The position numbers were made by a program, and so were the translations under genes. Positions 13,940-29,723 of a stretch of 59,778 nt of DNA are shown one piece after another (position 1 is the first letter of the stretch; the number at the start of each line of letters is the position of its first letter). Where the stretch lies: positions 1-59,778 of the forward strand of contig CAJVPI010000079.1 in assembly GCA_910592345.1 (NCBI GenBank), given 5' to 3'. Source of the DNA: Paraglomus brasilianum. Lineage: Eukaryota. Under the pieces are notes generated by a model, which saw nothing but the letters and a program-made list of their open reading frames with translations, had not been told where the DNA came from and did no database searches.

Positions 13940-14026
13940 TTCCAAATTTAAGCACCACCAGGAACTTTGACCCGATTTTCCCCTAATACTAAAAAAAGTG
14001 GTGCTTAAATTCAGAAGGACATGGTA
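13940..14026. mobile_element. Small pogo-like MITE remnant
   Basis: Perfect 14-bp inverted repeat AATTTAAGCACCAC (13945-13958) / GTGGTGCTTAAATT (13998-14011), ending ...CATGG|TA. Confidence 0.55.
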
Positions 14027-14290
14027 ATAGAAAATTTAGGATGGATTTTACGATGTTATAATCGGAATTAATGTAAAATAATAGAATTAATATCTAATCC
14101 TAATACATTTACAAAGACAACGGAACGTATCAAAAAAATTCGAATTGCATGGAATTGCAAGTGTCTACCCATGAACTTATTTTGCTCATGAGAAAGACTA
14201 TTAAGATACGTGTGTGCAGCGAATGTGACCAATTAACAATTTGTGACCGCGATCCATCATAAGTCTGTGTCTCAGGCTCCATATAAGATT

Positions 14291-15975
14291 GCATGTTTTA
14301 TGCATGTTTTCGGTTCCGCCATGATAATACCAACAACCATAAACATATTTAAAGACATTATCCCCCAAACTCTTTAGCCATTGCAATATTTTGCTCATTT
14401 GAAAATCAAAATCGTAAACATACATAATCTCTCCCCTCAATGCTAAAATCACCACCACCGCTGCTGCCGCCCACTACTGCCAAAAAAGAAACAAAAGGAG
14501 GTGAATAACTCATCAGCTCCCCAACCTACAATATTGGAACGGAAAAGTCGCAGCATGGTCTCAGAAATTGTGATTACCCATTGTGACTGACTCTGCTTCC
14601 ACCACCCCCATACTAATACTACAAAACTCACGATTTTTGTCAACAAAGCGACCTCCGACAAGCACAAACTTTCCCAAAATTAAAATATCCCTGAAATCAA
14701 GTAAGGAAGAAGAGTCGCCCGATGAGAACCCTAAACAAAGGAAAAAGCGCAAGATCAGGACAACAGCAGCATGCAACAAACGACAACACTTGGAAGCTCT
14801 CCATCATATGCTACCAATAAAAGTATATCTAAATCACCCTCAAAAGCAGCTATTGAAACGGTGTCAAGATGTGCCTATAATGCAGTTGTCCACTGGAGTC
14901 AATACCGCCATTTCCATACCAAAAATTCACATACTGGTCCATCATGACGGGTTTGGATAAAAATCTCAACCCATTGAAGATAAGCTTAAGCTTTACACAG
15001 ATGTTCATGTAGGAAAAGATGTTAATGAGCATGACTCCAAAGATCATGTGTATGGGTGAACGCAAATTTGTGCGAACAGTCATGCATATTGGAATGCTCC
15101 TTCAAGGTACACACGGCAAAGCGCCTGCAAACATTATCGACAAGGCGATTGATGGAACTATGGACAAGATAATTAATCAAAATATAGGGTTAGCTACAAA
15201 TCAAAGAAGTTCGTCGATCCCGAAAAGATTTGCGACAAACAATGATAATTTGTGCGCAAAATCCACGTGGAACCGATTCTATGTCACCACGCCATAAGTC
15301 TATTATCATTCTGGACGAAAAACGCGATCTGTGGCGGCTTCATTTCGAAAAAAAGACGTAATAATAAGTGGCATGTTCCTCACAAAATAACGTCCGATTG
15401 TATATTCGCAAAACAAACGAATGGAAATTTTCATGAGTTTACGAGACGCAAAAACAACTCCGCGAAACCCAAGCGGATATTCCATCGATCCTGGCGTTCG
15501 TACACCCTTCACATGGTACTCTCCCACTAAAGGCGTAGGTAAAATTGGCCAATACGACATTGGACGAATTATTCGTCCATGCAAGCATATGGACAATCTC
15601 CTTTCAATAAAGGACAAACTGGCTGCCTCTAGTTCGAAACGTAAGAAGAAACAGGCCTTGCGACTTGATAAGGCAATCTCTCGGATGCGACGAAAAATCA
15701 AACACCTGCAAAGCGAACTTCGTAAAAAGAGTGCCGCATTTTTCACTCGTCGAATTCGATGCCATTATCATCCCTCCCTTTGAGGTGTCGAAAAACAAGA
15801 AAAATAACACCAAAAACTGTTCGCAAAATGCTCTGCTGGGGCACTATCAATTTCGCCAACGCCTGGTGGAATTAGGGGTCCGTGTTATTATGCTCGGGGA
15901 ATCTTTCTCCGGGTATTTCTTGATGGAGCCTTGATTCTCTCCGGAGATATAGTCCGTGACTGCCCCCGAATCATT
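14291..15975 (+). pseudogene. Fanzor2 / IS607-type TnpB nuclease, copy 2 (near full length, frameshifted, zinc-finger region deleted)
   Basis: YWNGKVAAWSQKL*LPIVTD, LPIKVYLNHPQKQLLKR, RuvC-I SIDPGVRTPFTWYSP, helix RMRRKIKHLQSELRKKSAAFF, FDAIIIPPFEVS, GHYQFRQRL, and post-RuvC-III ARGIFLR at 15892. Confidence 0.85.
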
Positions 15976-16642
15976 ATCGTTACACAAATGGGAATCGCAA
16001 TTAATAATACAAAGCCACCTACAAACAAAAATACCTATTCCACTCGTCTCTTACCCACTCGTTTTATAGATTCAGCCTGTCTCTCTACTTACTATACTTA
16101 TATATCTATATCTATATATTGTTTGCTTTCTTGCTTTCTATTTACTCCTGTCACTTTGTTGTTTCGTTCTCTTCGTCAGATAGCCTCTTTGCTATTGTTC
16201 ATCGTGTATACACTCAAGGTGTAATAGTATACATCTCAAGAATAGAAGCTGAACATACGAAAAGAAAGGAATACGAGAGAGTACCAATGTATGTATACAC
16301 ATATAAATATAATATATAAATATATAAATAAAAGATCACTTAATACTGGAGATTTAAGTAGTAAGCAGGAGAGTGCATTGGGGGTGATTATGGCAGTATT
16401 CTGCTACACACTACGCTTCTGCCATCCTCCATCTTTCTCTCTTCTGCGTACAAGACTACTGTCCTCCTGTGACCAACATATATATATATGCCTGATGACA
16501 CCTTCATATGTTTGCCTTGCTGTACAGCCTGCTGATAAATACCCAGAACGTACTAACAGATACTCAAACCAATAGTCAATATATCCCTATCTTATATAGA
16601 CACATACTCGACTAGCTTCTGTAATTAGACTTGCAGTTTACA

Positions 16643-19478
16643 ATGGCTGATGAAGATCCATTTGACATTTATGGCGATGATACGTTCTTGGGTACCGACG
16701 AGAATGTGAGTATTGGGTTGTTGGTCAGATTGGAAAAGACATGGCTTTCCATGTAAAGAATAGCATGCAAACAAAGCTGCTACTTATATTAGCTTATTGC
16801 TAGATGTTTAGTTTGAACGGTATCATATTATAAATATATACGAATACATACATAGTCTTGTTATTAATTTCTCATCTAACTTCATATTATTTTCTCAAGC
16901 ACGATGATCTGTATGAAGAAAACCTAGGCGATGAAGATGGTAATCGTCCGGCTAAACGTCGGCGAGAGGGCCATTATGTTGGTTCTTCCGATAAGCCCGA
17001 CGATCTTGAAATAAACGAAGACGATCTGTTTGCTGACTTTGGAGAAGTTGAAAAGGTTCGTATATACAATCCACTATGCTATAACAAAGTTATCTGATGA
17101 CGTCTTTTTGTGATTATTGGAAGAGGAAATGGGTGGAATAGTGAATAGTGCTAAGTCATGCTACTTTGAGAAGGAGTTGGCGGACAGTAAGATCATGAGG
17201 AGAAGATTAGTTGCACAATACGAGAAACGTCTTTGCAGACGTCCTCGTATTGTGGAGAGATATACTTCGGTGGGAAGTAACTCAGATCAACAGATATTTG
17301 TTGTATTCGTGGTATGCTCTCATGTACACTCCACTCGCTTGATTATATCTTCCCAGAGTCTATTTTCATAGCCACAATACTACTAATTACGTTAATATAA
17401 TGAGTAATGTATACTCTGCATGTACACAACAACAGTATTCAAAAGAGCTGTATAAGACATCTGGGAAGAAACAACAAAGAGGAAGGAAATAAAAAGTTGA
17501 GATTTGGTTTATTAGCTTAAGGAACTTACAGTGATTCCATTTATTCCTCTCTTCCTCTTCTTATAATATAAATAACATGTTTTTCATATTGAAAAACAAA
17601 CAACAAACATATATTTACATAAACGATTCAATAACGGACGACCTCCCTTCGATTGTCTGTTTTTACGTTCGTCATAATATAACCTTGTTTCCACCTCGAA
17701 TTCAACGATAAACACATAAATCATCATATACTATCACAAACCATGAAACAGGATATATTTATGAAGACGGAAGAAGAGAAAAGAACGAATGGTCACGAAG
17801 GTATCAACTAAGGGTTATTTAAACTTGTCTTGTACCACGTATATAGTATGAGTTGCTATGGCGATGTTTGTATATTTCTTTGTACAATATGTATCTTATA
17901 TTGATACCAAACATTAGATTTAACAGAGACACAAGAAGACACAACATACGAATCCCGGGAGAAATCATCGAATACACAGCGATCGCCAAGCCCACAGCCA
18001 GAGAAGAAGCCAGTTGTGAACGCTACAAATGCCTTGTATATTGGTGAACTTAATTGGGTAAATAGAACAATTGATTCTTTTGTTGGCTAGAATTGAGGAT
18101 GACTGGAATTATTCACCTCCGCAGATATCGTTCATATGCTAATGATTTTATTCTCTAATCCTTCGGATGCTAGTGGACAACTGATGAAGATCTTCGACAA
18201 GTTGCGCGCGATGCTGGAGTCACATCAGAGTTGAAGGAGATCACATTCTATGAGCATAAAGTCAATGGCAAATCACGAGGGTAAGATAGGCATAATTGAA
18301 ATGAACAGAGATTTAAAAACACTTTGGATGACTTGGCCGAACCGATGGGAGTCATGTACTCATTGTATATTGAGGCAATTACTAGAACAATTTACTGCAT
18401 ATTAATTGTCTATCATTCACCACTTTGTAGTGTCGCATACGTAGAGTTCACTTCGTCAGAAGCTGCAGCATTGGTAAAGGCCCGATTGGAAATGACGTAC
18501 GTGGGAACATGTAGCGTTTGTTTGGTTGCCTGTATTCGGCATAAGTCTCATAACACTTTTCTACTTTTATAGAGAGATTACGGATAAGAAAGTTCTTGTC
18601 AACTTTACCAGCTCTGCAAACGGAAATCCATTCAAGACAGTACCTAAAGGTAAATATCCTTATCAAGGGTTTTATTTGCCCTCTACATCGTCCAGTTTGC
18701 TTCATCGACTGACAAAACGTTTGTCCTTCCTGCTATCCTTTCTATGTCGGGTGTCTGTCCTCCCTTGTAATAGAACCTCCATCCAAATCCGCCCGCCAAC
18801 AACAGTCGTCGCATCGTTCAACACCACCTACAAGTACATCGAACCAATCCGCAACATCAAATCCACTAATTCGTCCGCCTATCATACGTCCTAATTTCGA
18901 TTTCCATCGAGGCAATGCCTTCAGAGGTAACCCAATCCCGGCTGGTCCGCGAGATTTTTTTGCGCCACCCATGGGTCCATATGCTGCATTTCCTGGTCGC
19001 GCAGCAGGATATATGAATGGTTTTGGAACAGATGGGTCTTTTGCGATGAATCCCCTATTAAGAGGAGGAATGATGGGGATGCGTGGTGGGCAAGGAGTGG
19101 TTAGAAGAAATATGATGGGAGGTTGGTATCAAAATGAGATTCAAGACAATATGAAATAGAGTCGGACTGGAAGCCTGACAGGGCATTATGCAAATACAAC
19201 ATTGATGAGTAATTATTTTCTTCTTCGCACTCGCGTGTTTCTTAGGTCCTCATCAACCTGGATATCCGGCTCCGCATTTTAATCCTGCCTTCTTTGATCA
19301 AGGATTTGTGAATGAGGACGTGCCGGTTGCACCGCGTGGCCAAAGGTAAAATTAACGTTACTTGACATTATCATATCCTCATTCTTTAAATTTACATTGT
19401 TATTGTACCAAAAGAGGTTATGAAGGCGGGGGCCATGGAATGAAAAGACAACGGGAAGATGAAGATGGACGAGGTTAG
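16643..19478 (+). CDS. CPSF6: Cleavage factor Im large subunit (CPSF6/7, CFIm68-like) RRM protein, multi-exon
   Basis: N-terminus [32 protein letters not shown]...[22 protein letters not shown]. Gly/Met-rich tail with [10 protein letters not shown]. Stop TAG at 19476-19478. Confidence 0.85.
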
Positions 19479-20021
19479 TGTAAGGGCTTGCATTGTAATT
19501 ATAGATTATCGAATCGGTCATTCTCTAAACTGATATGATGAATTTTGTAGATCGACGGTATTAAACTGGGACATATAGACGGATATCGTGACCATACAAT
19601 GTTTGTAGATGGTTATTTGGTTGTTGTAATTGAAGGTGCCTTTCACCTGTTTTTCGTACATTTGTAATAGATTTAATTCATGCTTGTCTTTTCTTATATG
19701 AGAGACAAAATAAAAGTACGACGTGTAATACATTGTCATTTCAGTGTTTATGAGAAATCGACGAGAAATCAAGCCAAATTTATTCTGTATATAAATGACT
19801 TACATACGCTGTAAATTAAAGTACATACAATAATAAGTTGTGATGTGGGAATAAAACATAATTAATAGAGGGCTCATGTGTACCCGGAATATACGTAGAT
19901 TATTTGGTTCATGGCACAAAACATCGTCGTTTGACACATCGATCTCCACTGCCTAACCCTAGTGCTTGCCTCCGCATTCTTTACTAGAAGTACATACTGT
20001 AATCGAATGTTATAAGACATC

Positions 20022-23845
<3,824 letters not shown>

Positions 23846-25139
23846 TTTGTTATTTGATGCTTGTTTCCGGGCGTGTCCTCGGTGAAACCACAATTGCCAA
23901 ATAGCATGTATTGGAAATGTTGAATAACGATTCTATCGTTTAAATACATTGTTTAACTGTTGATAAGAGGGATAAACGGTTAGGCAAGTTTGGCGACCTG
24001 TTTGGCTGATAAGCTGAAGATCATCAATTATCGGAAATTACACGAACATCCGAATAAGGTTCTGTCATAGTAATAATGACGGCATTAAAGTCATAGTCGT
24101 TCATTCATGTTAACTATAAGGCGGAACAAGGTGAACACATAGCATCCATCATACACAGCACATCTGAGTGACGAGTTTAGTACTATCAAACATTGTGCAC
24201 AAAGCTAATGCGGGATTGCACAATATGTCTCTTTGCTTGCTTGATTTGAGCTTCAATTCTTGTTCCAGCTTTACAGCGCTATTACATTTTCCTCATTTTG
24301 GACAAGCATAGCGTTGTAGTTTTCATCGTTGTAGTTTTCGTCGTTGTCGTTGTGTCTGCCCTTTTGATTATAATATCGTTTATACTGTATTATAATCAGG
24401 TTTCGTTTTTGCCTGGTGAATATTCGTTCGCTGTACATCCCTCTAAATCGCGTGATAAACCACCCCTCAGAACCGTCATCTGAATTATATCCAATATTGA
24501 GAGTTGAGGAGTAGGTTCTCTAGCTTTTATTTCTTTGAATTCTGTTAGGCAGTCTACGTTTGGCCTATGTAGAGCCGCAATTTGCCAAAATTAAAATATT
24601 AAGATATATTTTCTCCGTCACGCAGTGTTGAAAATGCGTTGTGTTGTTTCTTTGGTCGAGGATGAACAAGCGTCAATTCGGTGATATGGAGCATGGTTAA
24701 TAATACATATACGTACGTACGTACGTATCATATTTATTTATTTATATCGGATGAACGCGTTTCTCAACTGATGCTAAATTTTATGTTCCCGATATTATTT
24801 TATCCATCGATGCAGTAAATTGTTACTTGTGCCTTTTTTGATTCTAAATGCAACAGAGATGTCCGAGCTTGCTCATAGCAATAGTATCAATACTAGTAGT
24901 CTTTGGATTTGCTAGGCTTTTCGTCTTCTCGCAGGTTAAACATAATGATATAACAATGCCTGTTCCTATAAAAACAGCATCAATTCTTGGAATACATTCT
25001 GGCGCTGCCAAGGAATATCTTGTGTACCATCATGTGACCACATATGTGATGACGTTTACAATTTTCATTTTTTGATGTTTAGCTATATGACATTTATTCT
25101 GAGGCGTCTACTGTAGAGTGTCCTGTGCTAGATCTCGAA

Positions 25140-26029
25140 ATGACAGACACCTACGACATCGACATGAACTCTAATGATTTAGACGCCATGGTAGTGGATG
25201 AGGGTAAATATGAATATTATCATTATGTTGTATTCTTCCGTTTGCTCTGCTTCGATGTTGACATACTTTTCGACTTAGTCGATTCTAAACCGGCTGTCAA
25301 GCGGAAGGGACGTGGTTTTAAGAATGATTCAAGAGGTGAAAGAAGTTATATGCTATGTCTGTGAGCATGCTGTTGTACTCTTGTTATAAAGTTGATGTTC
25401 TCAATTAATATCGTTTATTTACTACTTACGCAATTAAGAATCGCGTGATGGTGTTCGTTCGTCTGACAAATACGATCAGTTTGAGTCAACTACCGAAGAA
25501 GATGCTGCTGCTGGACGTGCTCAAAGATGTATTGTAAAAACTATTTGAATTATAATCAATGCAGTTATTATGATTCTAGCTGATACCCTTTCTATTCTTT
25601 CGCAGCTGTAGAAGGATGGATTGTACTTGTGGTTGGTTTACACGAGGAAACGACCGAAGACGAAGTCACAGATAAATTCGCCGACTTTGGCGAGATTAAA
25701 AATTTGCATTTGAATTTGGATCGGAGGACTGGTTTCGTCAAGGTCAGTTTTTATAAGATTAAAAATGTGATGTGAGTTATAATATTACCGCACGCTTATT
25801 GTGATCTTGTACGCAGGGCTATGCACTTGTTGAATATGAAACCTATAAAGAAGCAAAAAATGCTATAGATAATGTTAATGGATCAAAATTTCTCGGTCAA
25901 ACGTTACATTGTGACTTTGCATTTATTCGACCTCCCCTTGGCAGTGGAGAAAAAGATAGAGAACGTAGCAATGTAAGGAATAGATTCAGTAGACGGCGAG
26001 GACGATCCGCTAGTCCTACAAGGCGATAA
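25140..26029 (+). CDS. RBM8A: RNA-binding protein 8A / Y14 (exon junction complex)
   Basis: [64 protein letters not shown]-terminal RSASPTRR. Confidence 0.95.
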
Positions 26030-26570
26030 TTTGTCTTATCCGTTACTGATTGATAGAAAGTGTTCGATTGCCTTTTTGTACTTTGTTGTTGTTTTTTCCC
26101 CTCAATATAATAAAACCTTAATTTTTGAACAACGAACACGCTTTTAATACGCGACTTAAATGATACGGAACTAAACTATAACTTGATAGAAATATATGTG
26201 CTTTGCACAATCGATTAAAAAGATTATAGATATTTACACCCAACTCCAGACGAGATGCAAATTCTGGGTGATATGCTGAAGCGTTCTTCACGTATGACAT
26301 ATGGTCATGTTAGATTACGCAACATGTTGGGCATCCTTCATTGTTAATAGAGAAATTAGTAGCAAACCTCCTGCTTTGGTTGGTGTCCATGGATATAATA
26401 GAACCTCTAGCGTCTTGTTTTACAAACATTATAATTACATTAATTAATATTTCTTTAATTTATGAAGATTCATTTGGCCCACGTAGAACGCACATTTGAA
26501 CGCGTGGTAAGAAAGCTTCGACCCACAAACTTATGTATGTGTGACAAACAATACTATTGATTAACATGAC

Positions 26571-26615
<45 letters not shown>
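26571..26615. repeat. (TAA)n microsatellite
   Basis: About 15 units read directly. Confidence 0.95.
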
Positions 26616-26617
<2 letters not shown>

Positions 26618-26781
26618 GATCAATACGCTCTTTTCCAAAAGACAAATCTCCAAATATCCGACGTATTGGAGATCTACCTACAAACGTGATTTGTACCAGC
26701 AGATCTGCAACGTTAATATTTATTTCGCAGATCTATGAGTAGGTAAAACTTCTTTCCTCCGCGCGCACTTTAGAGACAAGT

Positions 26782-27983
26782 ATGTTACGTAGAAATGTAG
26801 AACGTGTACTAACATTACTTGGCGGAACTGCATTGGGTATACTCGGATATAATCAATATCAAAAGAGCAAACCGGCAAGTGTTGCGTTGCCTCCCCCAAC
26901 AGCGACGCCTGTCACTGTGGGTCCCAAGTTGCAGCAAATAGCTGAAGATATACTTGCATATGGACACCCTGGTATGATATGTTTGAAATATATACTATAA
27001 CGCTATACAGACAGAGGCATGATGCTTGTGTCCACTCCTGGATAAACAGGACCCGTTAATGACGCAATCTTCAGAAGCGGATATGTAGGCACATACAGTA
27101 GGCAATTGAGGAATCCAATATGGGTAAGTTGATTAGACTAGCGTCTAGTCCAATTTCGTGTCCATACCATTTTAACATACCAATTAACCCGCTGTTTCTT
27201 CTTGTTTCATCATGGATACGTTTAGATTGCTGAGCACCTTACGGCGGCATCTCTTAAACAAGGAGAAGGAGTAGACCGTAGCAAATCAACATTTCAAGAA
27301 GATCCCGCTGTTCCAAATAAATTCAGCGCAAAATTAACCGATTACTTTCGTTCTGGATATGATCGTGGTCATATGGCTCCTGCTGCTGACATTAAGATTA
27401 CTCAAGACGCTCTTTCCGAAACTTTCTATTTGACAAATATTGCTCCACAAGTTGGACGTGGTTTCAATAGAGATTGTATGTAAGCAATTATTGTTTTGTT
27501 CGTATTATTCTCTTAAAATTCACATTACTGAAACACTCTTATAATGAACAAGACTGGGCGCATTTGGAAGAATTCTGTCGTCGTCTTATTAAAAACGAAG
27601 GATTTACAGATGTTTATGTATATACTGGACCGCTTTATCTCCCAAAAGATGAGAATGGAAAGAAATATGTGAAGTACGAAGTTATAGGAGCATCGGGTGT
27701 TGCAGTTCCAACTAACTTTTTCAAGGTCATACTAGCCAAACGATCAGAAAACACTTTGGCAATAGGTGCATTTGTTCTGCCAAACGAGTCGATACCAGAC
27801 GACACTCCGTTGGAGCAGTATGTAGTGGCAGTTGAAGATGTCGAGAGAATGTCGGGTTTGACGTTCTTTGACAGGGTCGACAAGAACGCGGTCGTCCCAT
27901 TATGTTCCGCAACTAAATGTGTGCTCGTGCCCAATCCAAAGTGGGTTCAGAATAGGAATAAGGAAGGAAGAATGATCAAGTAG
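26782..27983 (+). CDS. NUC1: Mitochondrial endonuclease G / Nuc1
   Basis: RNPIWIAEHLT, DYFRSGYDRGHMAPAAD (His-Me finger), ETFYLTNIAPQVGRGFNRD, VYTGPLYLP, VAVPTNFFKV. Confidence 0.95.
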
Positions 27984-28247
27984 AAGGCTGACTGATTTCG
28001 AATATATATATATAAATGTCGTATTCTAAACTTATGATTTTCCGATAACTCATTGTCCAAATTTAAAACGCCATTCCGGAATTAAACCGCTTTTGTTTAA
28101 TGTTTATTCTCTCCCTGTCCACTCATTAGGGACTAGCCATATAATGTAACGGGAATCGACGGAAAAATCAACAATGACAACATTCACAATATAAAAAAAA
28201 AAACTCCCCATAGGGACTATATCCTCTTTTCGTCCCAAACCCAAACA

Positions 28248-29497
28248 ATGAAGCGAAACTTATCGTTCTATCTGAGTCTGTGCTTTTCGGTCATAGTCAT
28301 GACACTATTCTTTATAGTACATCCACCACTTCCTTTTCCTATTCCTGATTCCGCAGTAAAAACCTGGAACAAAGCGAACGTTTGTATTGTGACGTATGTC
28401 ACTGATAAGCCAACAAAGTATTCCGAGTTGGCCATGGCTACCAAGAAGGAATATGCACAGAAGTTTGGATACGAATTTGTTGTCAAGCATGTTGCTGATA
28501 AGGTAAGCATTCCACGTAGATATCAAGAGTAGAGAAGCTGCCGCTACATAAGTCTATACGCGCGACCAAATATATAGAAACAGTCGCAACCTTAAGTGTT
28601 ACACACAGTCTTCTGTCGTTTCCAAGTTCCTCCTGCGCAAAATTATCAAAAAACTCTAACAAACGCGAAGAAATAAAATAGTTATGTATTATGCAACAAA
28701 CGACGGCAGCGGGTGCAATTGGGAGAAACGTTCGTTTTAACACGAGTCAAATGAGATGTTCCTGAAATCACATTCTCCAAACAATTTGTCCCACAATCCA
28801 ACCAGTCTTGGAATACAATCCAATTGCTGTTGGAGACGATCGAAGAATATCCTGATATCGAATGGTTCTGGCTTACTGAGCAGGTAAATGTCATAATATG
28901 TGTGTGTATCTTGTTATATTTACATATCTTTAGCGTTTTGATTGGGCTTTTTTTTTCTGTACTTTTTTAGAATACAATAATTACAAACAAATCCCTCGAT
29001 CTTGATATACAATTATTTCAACATCTGCATGGTTATGATGGTAGAGAACTACTGGCTACTTATGACTGCCATGGGTTCAATACGGATTCGCTTGTGGTTC
29101 ATAATACTAAATGGCCAAAGAGGTTCCTAAGTATGGTAAACAAACTGGTTGAAGACGGATACAAAATTAGTGATGCCATAAGTCTGCTGATAAATCAAAA
29201 GGCAGATGACATTGCTCAAAAAGTGTTCTTTCTGCCTACGGTAGGCCTGGTTTGTTATTGCATATTAATATAGCAATTATTATTGATTTGTCAGTGCTTT
29301 CGTGATTGACTCTTTAAAATCTTCCTTTTACTTGTCCCAAGCGATCCATAAACTCCAGACCGAAAGAAATATGCAAGAAGAAAGAAAAGTATAAATGGCG
29401 TCCTGGTGATTTTGTCATTAATATGTCTGGTTGTAATATTACTCATAGTTGTTCCGATACAGTCAATAGTCTTCGTAGCATGTTTGATATTGTATAG
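28248..29497 (+). CDS. GT34 (Mnn10/Mnn11/GMA12-like) type II membrane glycosyltransferase-like protein
   Basis: N-terminal TM helix, KKEYAQKFGYEF, EEYPDIEWFWL, DCHGFNTDSLVV, WRPGDFVINMSGC. Four exons, stop at 29495-29497. Confidence 0.75.
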
Positions 29498-29723
29498 AAA
29501 GTGACTTTGTTGAAGATTACGTCTTTAAATTGTATGCTATCGTGTAAACGACAGAAGGGGAATACGCGGATGTCAGTCGTATCGGACTCCGATAACAAGA
29601 GTCAAACGATGAGCGTTCACTGTACATGAACATTCATACATTCATTTCGATTATTTCTTGTTACCGAAGGAAATAATTTTTGCTGTCATTGTGTTACCAA
29701 TTAGAGTTTAGTTTTTTATCTAC

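Noticed and set aside
14291..15975. Active Fanzor nuclease
   Set aside because: Multiple stops and frameshifts, plus deletion of the RuvC-II Glu/zinc finger/RuvC-III Asp segment.
26460..26645. Poly-Tyr ORF
   Set aside because: Translation of an intergenic (TAA)n microsatellite.
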